Origin: Leucoraja erinacea
Lineage: Eukaryota
Assembly: GCF_028641065.1 (NCBI RefSeq)
Contig: NC_073383.1
Span: 47,492,001 to 47,556,000 of the forward strand
Length of the DNA: 64,000 nucleotides
Reading direction: 5' to 3'
Numbering within the stretch: position 1 is the stretch's first letter; each line of letters opens with the position of its first letter. Shown one piece after another: positions 24,330 to 38,179 of the stretch. Both the position numbers and the translations under genes were made by a program. The notes under the pieces were generated by a model. It was not told the DNA's origin. It ran no database searches and worked only from the letters and a program-made list of their open reading frames with translations.

Positions 24330-26280
24330 AAGGGCCAACATATCCCAAATTAGTATTTCAAACATACTAAATCTTACAGAAGAATTTGGTTCCTTTTCAG
24401 GATATGGAATAAACTGGAACAAAAGTGAAATTATGTCAATAAAACCTCAAGATTCGACACACCTTCTAAAATTTCCTTTTAGAATTGCTACAGAAAAATG
24501 TAAATATCTTGGAGTTTACGTAATTAGAAAATATCCTTCTTTATTTCAAGCAAATTTTCCACCATTAATTACCAAACTAAATGCCCTTATTCAATTTTGG
24601 AAAACGCTTCCGATCTTCCTCATAGGTAGAATAAATGCCATAAAGATGATCTTCCTTCCACAAATCCTGTACCTATTTCAATCAATACCGATTTATCTCC
24701 CTAAAAATGTTTTTTTTAAACTCGATTCTGTGATCACAAACTTTATTTGGGATTGCAAAACTCACAGAATCCATAAACGACATTTATGTAAACCCAAAGA
24801 AATTGGCAACTGGCTCTCTCTAATTTTTTTTACTATTACTGGGCAACGAATATTAAAAATATAATCTATTGGATGGACGACACATGCCAACAGGTAAACT
24901 GGCTAATAATGGAGAGAGAAGATTGTTTTCCTTTTAATATAGGCGCGATTCTTCTCTCTCCAGTAAATAGGAAAAAATCAGCATATGAGAAAAATACGAT
25001 AATCCATAGCACCTTACAAATCTTGAAACAAGTGGTCAACCCTTAAATTGAGAAATGTATCTCTTCTCTTACCAATCACCAACAATCCCTCATTTAAGCC
25101 GTCTACTTTAGACAAGGCGTTTATACAATGGGAAAGCTTAGGAATTAAAAAGCTGGGAGACCTTTATGAGATGGGGACTCTCCTCTCATTTCAAGAATTA
25201 CAGTCGAAATATCATCTGAAAGGTAACCAATACTTTAGATGTTTTCAAATACGAGACTATCTGAAACAACATACCCAAGACTGTCAATATATGGTTCCAG
25301 ACATAGACGAATGCATGAATAGAAAGTCGGATTCAAATAAGTTAATACCGTACCTTTACAATGCCCTTTTAAATAGACAAACCCCATCGTCGGAAATAAT
25401 TAGGCGAGCTTAGGAAGATGAACTGGGCCTAACAATTTTAAAAGATAGTTGGGAGGAAAGCCTTCTATATATACACAACTGTTCTCTTAATGTTAGGCAC
25501 TCACTAATACAATTTAAAATACTGCATAGACTTTATTATTCAAAGTCTAAACTGAATAAGATCTTCCCAAATGTCTCCCCTATTTGTGATAAATGTCTCC
25601 TTCAGGAAGCAACCATAACCCACTCTTTTGCCTCCTGTATAAAGTTACACAATTTCTGGAGGGGAATATTTGAAATTTTTCCTAAAATACTTAAAATAAA
25701 ATTGGACCCCGACACAGAATTGATCACACTAGGTACATCAGAAGCCTTTTCTGTGCTAACATTATTTCAAAGACGTTTCCTTAACTGTGGCCTGATAACG
25801 GCGAAAAAACGAATACTTAAATTTTGGAAACACACATCAGTCCCTACTATGAAGATGTGGATTACAAACATGTCCGAGACACTACATTTGGAAAATATTA
25901 GGCTTGTCTTGGCAGAAAAACCAGATCAATTTTTTAAGACATGGACACCCTTCACCGAATTCTTACAAGGATAATATGGCGCAACACAAATTTAGATTTA
26001 TATCCGATTCTGGGTTGGGTGAGGAGGGTGGAGGGGGGGGGACGAGGGGCAGGTTTATCTCCACTTTCTTTTTTCCTCTTATATCTTTATTCACTTTTTG
26101 GCCACACTACTTTGACAGTCTAGGGATCTTTTCTATGTACTTTATCGAGCTATCTTTTCACTTCTCACTTTTCCCCTCTCTTGTTCTTTCTCTCTTCTTT
26201 TCTCTAATTTTCAAGTTAAAAGGTTAAAATTGAAGCTGTACAATAATTGTATAATTTTAGATGCCAAATAATAATGAAAA
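24330..26280 (+). mobile_element. L1/Tx1-type LINE ORF2 3' half (5'-truncated, decayed)
   Basis: KYLGV...LIGRINAIKMIFLPQILYLFQSIP, C-terminal CDKC...HSFASC knuckle, then a G-run and T-rich 3' UTR. Confidence 0.85.
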
Positions 26281-26595
26281 CACATTTGTAATTGACACTA
26301 CGAAAATAACAATCAAGGGAACTTTTCACAAGGGACAACAATAGTCTCCAAGTCCCATCAGAAGGTTTGTTACTCAAGTATTACAAATAAAATTGAGTAT
26401 GCAATACTCTATAGTTACATAAACGTGTTAAGTGCCATTGTGTGTGTGCATGCACACACTGTGGGATATTCAAATTTAACAGCACTCGTATAAAGAGCAC
26501 AACTATTTCAATGAAATCTATCTGTCAGTTCAAAGTATAACTTTGTACTTTGAACTGGCAGCTCTTCTTTCACCTTGTAATTCATTTGTATTATA

Positions 26596-28379
26596 CAGTG
26601 CCCCCCATAATGTATGGGACAAAGACCCATCATTTATTTATTTGCCTCTGTACTCCACCATTTGAGATTTGTAATTAAAAAAAAATCACATGTGGTTAAA
26701 GTGCACATTGCCAGATTTTTAATAAAGGATATTTTTATACATTTTGGCTTCATCATGTAGAAATTACAGCAGTGTTTATACATAGTCCCCCCATTTCAGG
26801 GCACCATAATGTTTGGGACACAGCAATGTCATGTAAATGAAAGTAGTTATGTTTAGTTATGCAAGGATATTGTTGCATATCTTTTGCATGCAATGACGGC
26901 TTGAAGTCTGTGATTCATGGACAACACTAGTTGCTGGGTGTCTTCTCTGGTGATGCTTTGCCAGGCCAGTATTGCAGCTACCTTTAACTTATGCTTGGTT
27001 TGGGGGCTAGTCCCCTTCAGTTTTCTGCTCAGCATATAAAAGGCATGCGCAATTAAGTTCAGATCAGGTGATTGATTTCACCACTCAATAGAATAGTTTC
27101 TTTATTGTCATTGTAACATGAGCCATGTACAACGAAATTTAAAAATGTCAGCCAGTCAGTGCACCATTCAAACATTTCTAAAAGCTAACGATACATACCA
27201 GGTAAAATATTAAATGATAAACAACTAAATAAATATCACGAAAATAGCACACATAAACACCCAGCCCTCCATCCTTCTGTCGATTTCACAGTGTACCACA
27301 GTCCCTTAGTTTGTCTCGCCCCTAAAAATAATTTACTATTTTTTAGCTTTAAAAACTCCTTTGTTGCTTTAGCAGTATGTTTGGGATCATTGTCTAGCTG
27401 CAGAATGAACTGCCAGCCAATGAGTTTTGAGGCATTTGTTTGAGCCAGGACCTTCAGCAGCCATACATGCCCAGGCCATAACACCTCCACCACCGTGTTT
27501 CACAGATGAGGTGGTATGCCTTGGATCTTGGGCAGTTCTTTCTCTCCTCCATACTTTGCTCTTGCCATCACTCTGATATAAGTTAATCTTCGTCTCATCC
27601 GTCCATGTCCTTTTTTCCAGAACATTCTTTAAGTACTTCTTGGCAAACTGTAACCCGGCCATCCTATTTTTGTGGCTAACCAGGGGTTTGCATCTTGCAG
27701 TGTAGCCTCTGTATTTCTGTTCATGAAGTCTTCTGCGGACAGTAGTCATCGACAAATCCATACCTGACTTCTGAATAGTGTTTCTGATTTGTCGGACAGG
27801 TATTTGAGGATTTTTCTTTATTATAGAAAGAATTCTCTGTCATCAGCTGTGGTCTTTCTTGGCCTGCCAGTCCCTTTGCGATTAGTAAGCTCACCAGTGC
27901 TCTCTTTCTTCTTAATGATGTTCCAAACAGTTGATTTGGGTAAGCGCAAGGTTTGGCTGGTATCTCTAACAGTTTTATTCTTGTTTCTCATTCATAATGG
28001 CTTCTTTAACTTTCATTGGCACAACTTTGGTCCTCATGTTGATAAATAGCATTAAAATTTTCCAAAGGTGATGGAAAGACTGTAGGAAAGACTAGGTGCT
28101 GTGAGTTCACTTGCACCTGCATTAAGGAGGCATTTAAACTCGCCAGAACAATTAGAAACACCTGTGAAGCCCTGTGTCCCCAACATTATGGTGCCCCTGA
28201 AAGGGGGGACGATGTATACACAGCTGTAATTTCTGCATGGTGAAACCAAAGTGTATAAAAAAACACCCTTTAAAAAAATCTGACATGTGATTTTTTTCTA
28301 TTACAACTCTCATATTGTGGAGTACAGAGGCAAATAAATAAATGATGGGTGTTTGTCCCAAACATTATGGAGGGCACTC
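26596..28379 (-). mobile_element. Tc1-family DNA transposon with long IR/DR-type TIRs and a decayed transposase
   Basis: TA|cagtgccccccataatg...cattatggagggcactc|TA. TIRs of ~230 bp with an inner repeat (cataatgtttgggacac). Peptides VRRRL...ARCKPL, WTDETKIN, SVKHGGGGVMAW, LQLDNDPKHTAK. A LINE-tail insert sits at ~27090-27330. Confidence 0.92.
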
Positions 28380-28544
28380 TATATATTTGAGATTAAAATG
28401 TCAATTATGAATGGAAAAAGGATATTTTAAAGAGTATTCATGTTCGGGTTCCTTGAAATATTTGAAAATAACGGGGAAACAAAATATATATTTTAAGCAG
28501 ATCTCATGTTGTCTTACTGATGGACCATATGGACCAAATGTTCT

Positions 28545-30590
28545 TTTTTTTTTAATTTATTTTTATTTATTAGAAGTAGTATACAAAAATATAAGCAGCG
28601 GCATATGGCATAATACAGTTATTGTACAGCTTCAATTTTAATTTTTAGCTAAAGTTTTTAGAAAAGAAGAGAGAAAAAGCAAGAGAGAGAAAAGGTGGAT
28701 GTGCAAGAATAGAACCCCTAGACTACCAAGTTGGTGTAGCCAAAGAGTGTGTAAGTAAAATAAATAAGAAAGACGTAGAGAAATAAAAAGACAAAAACAG
28801 AAAGAAAAACAAAAGGTGATGATATACATGCCTCGTACCCCTCCCCACCCATCACGTAATTAGATTTAACTCCAAAATTGTGTTGCACCATACTATCCTT
28901 GTAATATATCAATGAATGGTGGCCATGTCTTCGAAAAATGTTCTGGTTTTTCTGCTAAGACAAGTCTATATTTTTAAGATGTAGTGTCTCAGACATGTTT
29001 GTAATCCACATTTTAAGAGCAGGGGCAGATGTATGTTTCCAAAATTTGAGTATTAGTTTTTTCGCCATTATCAGACCATAATTGAGGAAACGTCTTTGAA
29101 ATATTGATAACTCAGAGCAGGCTTCTGACGTTCCTAGAATAATCAGTTCCATGTCGGGGTCCAATTTTGTTTTTAATATTTTTGAGAGAATTTCAAAAAT
29201 TTCTCTCCAAAAGTTATGTAATTTTATGCAAGAGGCGAAGGAATGTGTTATAATTGCTTCTTGAAGGAGACATTTGTCACAAATAGGAGATACATTTGGA
29301 AAGATCTTATTCAGTTTAGACTTTGAATAGTAGAGTCTATGCAGTATTTTTAATTGAATTAACGTATGTCTAACGTTAATCGAACAATTGTGTATATATA
29401 AAAGGTTTTCTTCCCATCTGTCTTTTAGAATTTTTAGGCCTAGTTCCTCTTCCCAGTCTCTTCTAATTACTTCTGACAAAGGGATTTCTATATTTAGAAG
29501 GGTATTATACAAATATAATGTTAAGTTGTTTGACTCTGAATTTTTATTCATACATTTGTCTAGTATATCTGGCAGCAAAGTTTGGTAGTCTTGGGTATAT
29601 GTTTTCTGAAATATCTGAAATATTGATTACCTTTCAGGTGATATTTCGACTATAATTCCTGAAATGAGAGAAGAATTCCCATCTCGTAGAGATCTCCAAG
29701 TTTTTTGATTCCTATCTTTCCCAATATGTAAATGTTTTATCTATAATAGATGGCTTGAACAAAGGGTTAGTGGCTATTGGTGAAAGAAGAGATAAATTTC
29801 TTAGTTTAAAAATTGATTTTACTTGTCTCCAGAGTCGTAGAGTGCTGTGAATAATCGGATTTTTATCATATAGTGTGTTCTTCAAATTTGATGGGGAGAG
29901 AAGAATCGTGCCTATATTAAAAGGCGAGCAATCCTGTCCCTCCATTATTAACCAGTTTACCTGTTGGCATGAGTTGTCCAGCCAGTAAATTACATTTTTA
30001 ATATTCGTTGCCCAGTAATAGTATAAAAAGTTGGGGAGAGCCAATCCGCCTGTTTCTTTGGGTTTACATAGTTTATGAATTCTATGTATTTTATAATCCC
30101 AGATAAAGTTTGTAATCAGAGAATCAAGATTTTTTTAAACATTTTAGGAAGATACATCGGTATTGATTGAAATAAATACAGAATTTGTGGGAGGAAGATC
30201 ATCTTTATAGCATTTATTCTGCCTATTGGAAACAATGGGAGTGTTTTCCAAAATTGAATAAGAGCGTTTAATTTGGTAACTAAAGGCGGGAAGTTTGCAT
30301 TGAATAGAGAGGTATATTTTCTGGTTACCTGAACACCCAGATATTTGAATTTTTCCGTAGCAATTCTGAAAGGGAATTTTAGAAAATGTGTAGACTCTTC
30401 AGGTTTTAATGATATAATTTCACTTTTGTTCCAGTTTATTCTATATCCTGAAAAGAAGCCGAATTCCTCTATAATATTTAATATATTTGGAATACTAACT
30501 TGAGAATTGGTGATATATAATAATACATCATCTGCATATAATGATATTTTGTCATTGGAGTATTTAGAATGATAGCCTTGAATGTTTGGA
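28545..30590 (-). mobile_element. L1/Tx1-type LINE ORF2 3' half, same family as 24330-26280
   Basis: YADD at ~30526-30539 (reverse strand), ORFs 29712-30044 and 28955-29578, A-rich tail at ~28545-28570. Confidence 0.87.
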
Positions 30591-31579
30591 TCTGGATTAA
30601 ACTTTCTTACAGTGAATCACATGGAATAAACTTTGGGATCAATCTACTGACATTAACTGGACAATAATGTCCAGTATTAGCTTGTTGAGGAAAGTGCCAA
30701 GATTTCCATTGCTGATCATTTTCTAGTTAATTTAGTTTAAAAAGGGGTATTTTTGCAAATTGGATGAAAACAGGTTAGATACAGGATCAATCTAATTTTG
30801 TTTCATCTTTGTTATTCACCCCCCTGGTCTTAAACACGGTAAATAATTTGTTAGAATTTGAGTCCACAACCCCCAAGAGAAAAGCCAGAAAAAATGCTGG
30901 TATTGGTGGAATAAAGGCCCACATTCTGTGGGGACTATTGCCAATGCTTGCAATCAGCCATTATAGGATTACCTCCTAAACACAAAGTAGCAGTCAGCTG
31001 TTTTGGTGATGGTGACTGTGCTTCTCATAAGAGATCATTTTGTAAAATGTGGGCAATTACCACTAATATCACTGCACTAGAACTAACCTCTTTATAGGAA
31101 TAGCATCTCTACTTGTTTCAATGGAGGGAAAGGCTCAGAGAGGCTATGTGTAGCCAGCAGTTTTAAAATGATTAATCTACCCTTTTGCCTTAGTTTTTGT
31201 TTTGAAGATATTCTTAATGAAATTCAACATAATGAGCATCTATTAATGTCTCTGTCAGCCAGCTAAGCAGGTTAGAGATTCGTGGCGGAGGTGTGTTTGG
31301 AGGGGGGGAGGGGGAGGGTAGATGAATGGAGAGGATGTAATTTGAACAACTTCTTGATATTTTGTGGACCAGGCTTATATCATCCTATACTTATAAACAC
31401 ACAGGAGTCCATTCAGTGCAGCGCATTAGGTTCATGTAACTCCCATTCGAGGAATTTAATTGGTCCCACTACTCTTCTCCTCATTAACCTGCCACCCTTT
31501 TCCATCGCCAACACTGAAATGACATTACATTGTACAAAGCTCTGTGTACACAGAATTACATTTCCCACACCACTTCCTA

Positions 31580-31975
31580 TAACCATATAACCATATAACA
31601 ATTACAGCACGGAAACAGGCCATCTCGGCCCTACAAGTCCATGCCGAACACATTTTTTTTTCCCCTTTGTCCCACCTGCCTGCACTCATACCATAACCCT
31701 CCATTCCCTTCTCATCCATATGCCTATCCAATTTATTTTTAAATGATACCAATGAACCTGCCTCCACCACTTCCACTGGGAGCTCATTCCACACCGCCAC
31801 CACTCTCTGCGTAAAGAAGTTCCCCCTCATATTACCCCTAAACTTCTGTCCCTTAATTCTGAAGTCATGTCCTCTTGTTTGAATCTTCCCTATTCTCAAA
31901 GGGAAAAGCTTGTCCACATCAACTCTGTCTATCCCTCTCATCATTTTAAAGACCTCTATCAGGTCCCCCCTTAAC
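31580..31975 (-). mobile_element. CR1 LINE 3' end
   Basis: ORF 31525-31944 (TRGHDFRIKG...FFTQRVVAVWNELP); (tatatggt)n tail. Confidence 0.88.
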
Positions 31976-32190
31976 CTGCAAATTTAGGATTCTCACTTAA
32001 TGATAATAGGGCAGGAAAGACGAAGGATGAAATTGGAACTGGCCTACAACACAAAATGTTTATTTTGCGTAATAGACTTGGGAATTTCATGTATCAAGCA
32101 TCTGTTTATGGTGGTGTTCTGCAAGTGAGAACACTTGCAAGTGTATGTTTTGCATGCATTTTGTCTGATATAAACCTTGATATTAGCTGA

Positions 32191-32385
32191 GATAGACACA
32201 AAATGCTGGAGTAACTTAGTGGGTCAGGCAGCATCTCTGGAGAATATGGAAAGGTGACATTTCAGCTCCAAAAACATCACCTATCCATGTTCTCCAGAGA
32301 TGCTGCCTGGTCTGCTGAGTTACTCCAGCATTTTGTGTCCACCTTTGGTATAAATCAGCATCTGCAGTTCTTTTTTATTACTTTA
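32191..32385. mobile_element. Fold-back Penelope-tail insertion with TSD atattagctga
   Basis: gacacaaaatgctggagtaact...ggcagcatctctggagaa and its reverse complement ttctccagagatgctgcc...agttactccagcattttgtgtc. Confidence 0.75.
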
Positions 32386-32869
32386 TATTAGCTGATTTCC
32401 CATTAATTTACTGAATAAAATATTTTTGCGAAATTACACTTTTTTCTGTATTGTGTCAAGATTGTACTGGGTGCTGTTAATATTGCTCCATGTGTGGAAG
32501 AGGGTGAAATACCCCACCAACATTATTCAGTCGTCCTTTAGGGGGCAACATTGAGACAATGCAACTCTAAATTAATTTACCTTCTTAACTATGACAAATA
32601 TAATTGTAGATGCTGGAAAGTGAAAGCAACTCCAAGCAGAAAAGAAAGGTTGAACAGAAAAGATTGAAGAGTAGGTGACACAAATTACCCAAATAAATTT
32701 ATCTGATGCTGTAGGTACAGTATCAGAAAGAGATTATTGGGTCACTGCTGTATGTTGGTTTTATTTAAATACAGCAATTATTATAGAACTTTGGAACAGA
32801 GGGAACCCATTTTTAGTTACTTTGGGAGCTGGTAAATAAGGAAATGTTTGAAAAAAAATGTTAATTTTT

Positions 32870-34650
32870 GAGGAGCATTTCCACAACAACTCTGACCCCA
32901 GGCGCATGTGGCAAGGAATCAAATCCCTTGCCGATTATCAGAAAGTTAACACCCCTCCCCCAGACAACGACACCCTGCCTGATGAGCTAAACCACTTCTA
33001 TGCTCGCTTTGACCGAGACAACAAAACCCCAGCCATTAAAGTTGCTCCACCCCCGAATGAACAACCTCTCAGCCTCTCCACCTCTGCTGTACAAGATGCA
33101 CTGAGCAAGGTGAATGAGCGCAAAGCTGCCGGCCCCGATGGCATCCCTGGCCGGGTGCTTAGGGCATGTGCTGGACAACTATCCCCAGTCCTCGCCGACA
33201 TTTTCAATCTCTCACTGGCCCAGGGTGTTGTCCCCACTTGCCTCAAGACATCAACCATCGTGCCAGTGCCCAAACAGTCAGCTACAGGGAGTCTCAACGA
33301 TTTCCGCCCAGTGGCACTCACCCCTGTCATTGCAAAGTGCTTTGAGCGGCTGATCTTGGCTCACCTCAAAGCCAGCCTCCCCCCACACTGGACCCCCATC
33401 AGTTTGCCTACCGGACCAACAGGTCTACAGAGGACGCCATATCGGCGGCCCTACACTCTGCCCTGACCCACCTGGACTACAACAACTCCTACATCAGGCT
33501 GCTGTTCATTGATTTCAGCTCTGCCTTTAACACCGTCATCCCAGCCAGCTTGATCACCAAACTCAGTGGACTTGGCATCTCCACCTCCCTCTGCAACTGG
33601 ACATTGGACTTCCTCACTAACAGACCACAGTCTGTTAGGGCCAATAATCTCACCTCCTCCACTATAACACTGAACACCGGAGTGCCACAGGGCTGTGTGC
33701 TCAGCCCTCTCCTCTACTCCCTCTTCACCCACGACTGCATCCCAAAGTACGGATCCAACGCCATTATTAAGTTTGCTGACGATACCACGGTAGTAGGACT
33801 GATCAGCGACAACGATGAGTCAGCCTACAGGGATGAGATCCAGCACCTGACGTGCCCGACAATAACCTCATCCTCAACTCCAAAAAGACGAAGGAGATTA
33901 TTGTCGACTTCAGGCAGACCAGAGGAGGCAGTCATACCGCCATCCATATCAACGGGACTGAGGTGGAGCGCGTCTCCAGCTATAAATTCCTCGGAGTACA
34001 TATCTCGGAGGACTTGTCCTGGTCCCTCAACACCTCCAAGCTGATCAAAAAGGCACAGCAGCGCCTTTACTTCCTTAGGAGGCTCAAGAAAGCCCACCTG
34101 TCCCCCCAGATCCTGACCAACTTTTACCGCTGTACCATAGAGAGTATCCTGACCACCTGCTTCACGGTATGGTACAGCAGCTGCACTGCTGCGGACAGGA
34201 AAGCACTACAACGGGTGGTGAAAACCGCGCAGCACATCATCGGTGCCCCGCTCCCTGCCATGGATGCCCTCCACCGAAAACGGTGTCTGAGACGGGCTGG
34301 GAAGATCATCAAAGACCCCTCACACCCCAACCATGGACTGTTTGCCCTCCTCCCATCAGGGAGGCGGTACAGGAGCCTCAGGTCACGTACCAGCAGGATG
34401 AGGAAAAGCTTCTATAACAACACAATCACACTGCTGAACTCGGAGTCCCGACGATAGATTTCTCTGGTCCCTCCGTCCCCCTTTGTTTAATCATTCTGTA
34501 TTTCCTGATTATTCTGTATCTTCTCTCTTTCCATTTTTTTTTTGTTTTTTTTTTCTCTTTATGTACAACTACTACGGACTGACGCAAAACTGCATTTCGT
34601 TGTACTGATACTTGTATTTGTGCGATGACATTAAAGTTGAATTGAATTAA
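32870..34650 (+). mobile_element. Rex1/Babar-type LINE, 5'-truncated RT region with frameshifts
   Basis: ORFs 32858-33466, 33550-34044 ([17 protein letters not shown]) and 33852-34457; (ttgaa)n tail. Confidence 0.9.
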
Positions 34651-34710
34651 TTTTGAATACATTTCCTAGAATGATCTATCATTGCAGTCTGTAATGATCT
34701 ATCATTACAG

Positions 34711-34814
34711 TCCATCTGTCTGAAGAAGGGTCTCGACCCGAAACGTCACCCATTATTTCGCTCCATAGATGCTGCCTCACCCGCTGAGTTTCTCCATCAA
34801 TTTTGTCTACCTTT
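34711..34814 (+). mobile_element. Penelope-tail mini-element with an intact hammerhead-like core (34720-34747, GUC site)
   Basis: ctgaagaagggtctcgacccgaaacgtcaccc; tcattacag on both flanks (possible TSD). Confidence 0.75.
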
Positions 34815-35524
34815 TCATTACAGGCACAGCCAAGTAATCCATATTTCTAAAGCATGCTAACTGAAATAGCTTGTGTGCAAACACCAACATCTGTCCTTTC
34901 TCCCCACTCTACAGTGGAAATGCATTTTATTTAAAATTTTGTTTTTGCTGTAAACATTTAGAGCATAGCCCGTGGTTACATTGTTGATCGGGGCTGAGAA
35001 ACTAAGGAAAGCACCTGCTGAGGCTTTGAAGTGGGCAGATTAATAGCTGACTCCTGCATGCTTTGAATTCCATACAGAGTAATTTGTAATCAAGCTGAAC
35101 AGTGCTGCTCATTAGAGATAAAACAGACCCTTTCCAGAGTTGAAATATATGTTTCATTAGCTTGTTCCTATTTAAAAAGGAATGTGATTTAAATGAGACT
35201 TAGAAATATTTAAACAGCATGTTTTTTTATATTAAAAAATAACCTAGAACTACAAAATTGGCCTTTCTGTTTAAATTGTAGGAAGGTTTACATTAGAGAC
35301 ACTTTTGCTGGGTTTCTAATTATCAAAACTCTAGCTTCTTAAGGAAAAGGTACATATTCATTCACTACCGTAATTTCTCATCAAGAACTCGTTCCTTTTC
35401 TCAGCCCTCTGGAGTATACTATATTATCTGTGATTCCTGCTCTGTGGATTAATGTCATGAGAGAGGATGAAAAGGTAGCAAATTGTTCAGTCAATATAGT
35501 GGTAGACAGATAGTTCTCTGGGTC

Positions 35525-36150
35525 ATAGAGTATTGCAGTGTGGAAACAGGCTCGGCGGCCCAACTTGCCAACATGTCCCAGCTACACTAGTCCCATCTGC
35601 CTGCGCTTGGTCCATATCCCTCCAAACCTGTTCTATCCATGTACCTGTCTAACTGTTTCTTAAATGTTGTGATAATCCCAGCCTCAAATACCACCTCTGG
35701 CAGCTTGTCCCATACACCTGCTACCGTTTGTATGACAAACTTACTCCTCGGATTCCTATTAAATCTTTTCCCCTTCACCTTGAACCTATGTCCTCTGGTC
35801 CTCGATTCCCCTTCTCTGGATAAGAGACTCTGTGCATCTACCCGATCTATTACTCTCATGATTTTGTACACAACTCATCCCCCTGCGCTCCAAGGAATAG
35901 GGAGAGAAACAACCTCTCCCAATAGCTCACACCCTCTAGTCCTGGCAACATCCCCATAAATCTTTTCTGAACACTTTCAAGCTTGACAATATCTTTCCTG
36001 TAACTTGGTGCCCAGAATTGAACACAATATTCTAAATGCGCTCACCAACATCTTATACAACTACAACATGATCTCCCGACTTCTATACTCAATACTCTGA
36101 CTGATGAAGGCCAATGTGCCAAAAGCTTTTTTGACCACCTTATCTACCTG
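35525..36150 (-). mobile_element. CR1 LINE 3' fragment
   Basis: ORF 35587-35871 YKIMRVIDRVDA...SRTRGHRFKVKG. Confidence 0.85.
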
Positions 36151-36189
36151 AATATTATCAGAAAACCTGCATTTATAGACATCTAAACC

Positions 36190-36723
36190 TCTCAATAAAT
36201 TGTCAAAGCTAGTTGTAAGACATTAAAGAGAGAGAAGGGGAGAGAGAAGGGGAGGAGGAGAGGAGAAGGGGTGGAGAAGGGGAGGAGAAGGAGAGGAGAA
36301 GGGGTGGAGACACTTTTAAGAAGCCAGACAACTTATAATAAAGTTTAGCAGGAATTTTACATTACCGGTCGGTTTCATTGGTCCTGGAAACTCCAATGAG
36401 CCAATTAAAATGCCCGGTCAGCGAAGGAGATTGCCTACGACTGCCCTCGACTGCCTGTAACTACATAGCGACCCCACTCCACTGCACTACGAGTTCAAAA
36501 GAACCATGCCAACCAATTTTTACTTGCGGAAAACTTTTCATCATGCTGAAAATTTTCCTTCACCAAACTGAGGCCACGAGTATGCGGGAACCTCCCTCGA
36601 GCAAGGAGAGTTCCAGTGACCACATAGGACCTCTTAGGACCACGTGTCGACCATGCTGCGAGTTTGAGTCGAGGACAAACTCTTCTAAACTCGCAGATTA
36701 GGTCGCCGCAGTGGGACAGCCCC
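36190..36723 (-). mobile_element. Harbinger-like non-autonomous element fragment, related to 10002-10450
   Basis: Ends in gtgggacagccc; the internal segment resembles the reverse complement of 10325-10400. Confidence 0.55.
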
Positions 36724-37249
36724 TTTATTTGGCACCTAAAGTTTTTTCTTTCCCCTCTTCATACACGTTCTTGTCTGAAAACCCTACAATCGGCTGGATC
36801 TTCCTGGATCCAGCTGCCCATCACTCCCACCTGCCCAAATTCACAAAGGCCTGATGTGGAGAGATGATCTTCCAGTTAGATGCAACGCCCAGACAATAAA
36901 ACTTTTTTGTTTTCTATGCAAAGTAATGACATCGCCCACACAGCAGCCAAGAGTTATTCTCATCTCTACACCGTTTAGGTGAGTTCTCAATGTTACAACC
37001 ACTGCATTATTTTAGTTTAAAAAAGTTAACTTTACCTCTTTCATCTATATAAACGGTGTCAATTGTCAAACATATTTGTTTTGAATTGCTTTGAATACAC
37101 CAATGTTCTTCATTGGTCATTGTAACCACACCGTTCTCTATGTACTCAACTGGAGTCCTCTCAGTTAAATGTGAATCACACTGTACAGTTGCTATGTATC
37201 CCAAATCTCTTCATACAGTTGAAATTCCAAGAACCTGCATATTTTCTGC

Positions 37250-37447
37250 CTCAGAGGGCGGTGGAGGCAGGTTCACTGGATGCTTTCAAGAGAGAGGTAG
37301 ATAGGGCTCTTTAAAATAGCGGAGTCAGGGGACATGGGGAGAAGGCAGGAACGGGGGGATGATCAGCCATGATCACATTGAATGGGGGTGAAAAGTTGTG
37401 TCAGTGGGCCAAATGGCCTACTCCTGCACCTATTGTCTATTGTCTAT
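37250..37447 (+). mobile_element. CR1 LINE 3' end fragment
   Basis: tctgcctcagagggcggtggaggc...aatggcctactcctgcacc and a (tattgtc)n tail. Confidence 0.75.
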
Positions 37448-37482
37448 TTTAAGTGCATTTATCTCTCATGGGATTTTAAAGC

Positions 37483-37765
37483 GGGCGTGTCCCACTGTAC
37501 GAGGTAATTCAAGAGTTCTCCCGAGTTTCCCCTGATTCGAACTCGTAATAGCCACTCGTAAGGACTCGGGGCTCTCGTGGACATTTTTCAACATGTTGAA
37601 AAAACTTCACGAGGTTATCACGTTTCCCGAGTACCTGCCGCAAGCGTTACGAGCCGCTAAGAGACGTCCCGAGCTCCGACGTACCCGCTATGTACTTACC
37701 ATGAGATTAATTTTTTTTTTAACTCGGGAGAGCTTTTGGGTAAACTCGTATAGTGAGACAGGCCC
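37483..37765. mobile_element. MITE (PIF/Harbinger-like) with ~45-bp imperfect TIRs
   Basis: gggcgtgtcccactgtacgag...ctcccgagtt / aactcgggagag...ctcgtatagtgagacaggccc, followed by ttaa. Confidence 0.75.
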
Positions 37766-38179
37766 TTAAGTGTGCAACCAGTGAAGAAAGTACACAAGGT
37801 TTTCATGCCAAAAATAACATATGGAATGGAATGTTCCTATGTATCTTCTTGCAGACAGGGGTCACCATTGAGCTGTCTTGCAGGGGAAAGCAACATAAAA
37901 TTGAGTGTAGCAAGCAACCTAATATCAAAGGAAAACAAAGATAAATTGAAGACTTAACTGGAAAACCCTGACAAAACCAGTGCATAAAATCTTGCTAGAA
38001 TAATTTGCAGCACAACTGCCTTAAGGTGCCAAGTAAAGTTTATGTGAAGAACACATAGCCCATGTGAGTAAATGTTCAAAACTAAAGATCACTAAATACA
38101 CAAGGTTTGATTGTTACACTTAAAACCTGGCATAATTCACCAAATGCTGGTTCAACTAAACTTCACCATCAAACACAGA

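Noticed and set aside
32858-34457. Rex1 RT ORFs as an active element or domesticated gene
   Set aside because: 5'-truncated, with no endonuclease, and split by frameshifts.
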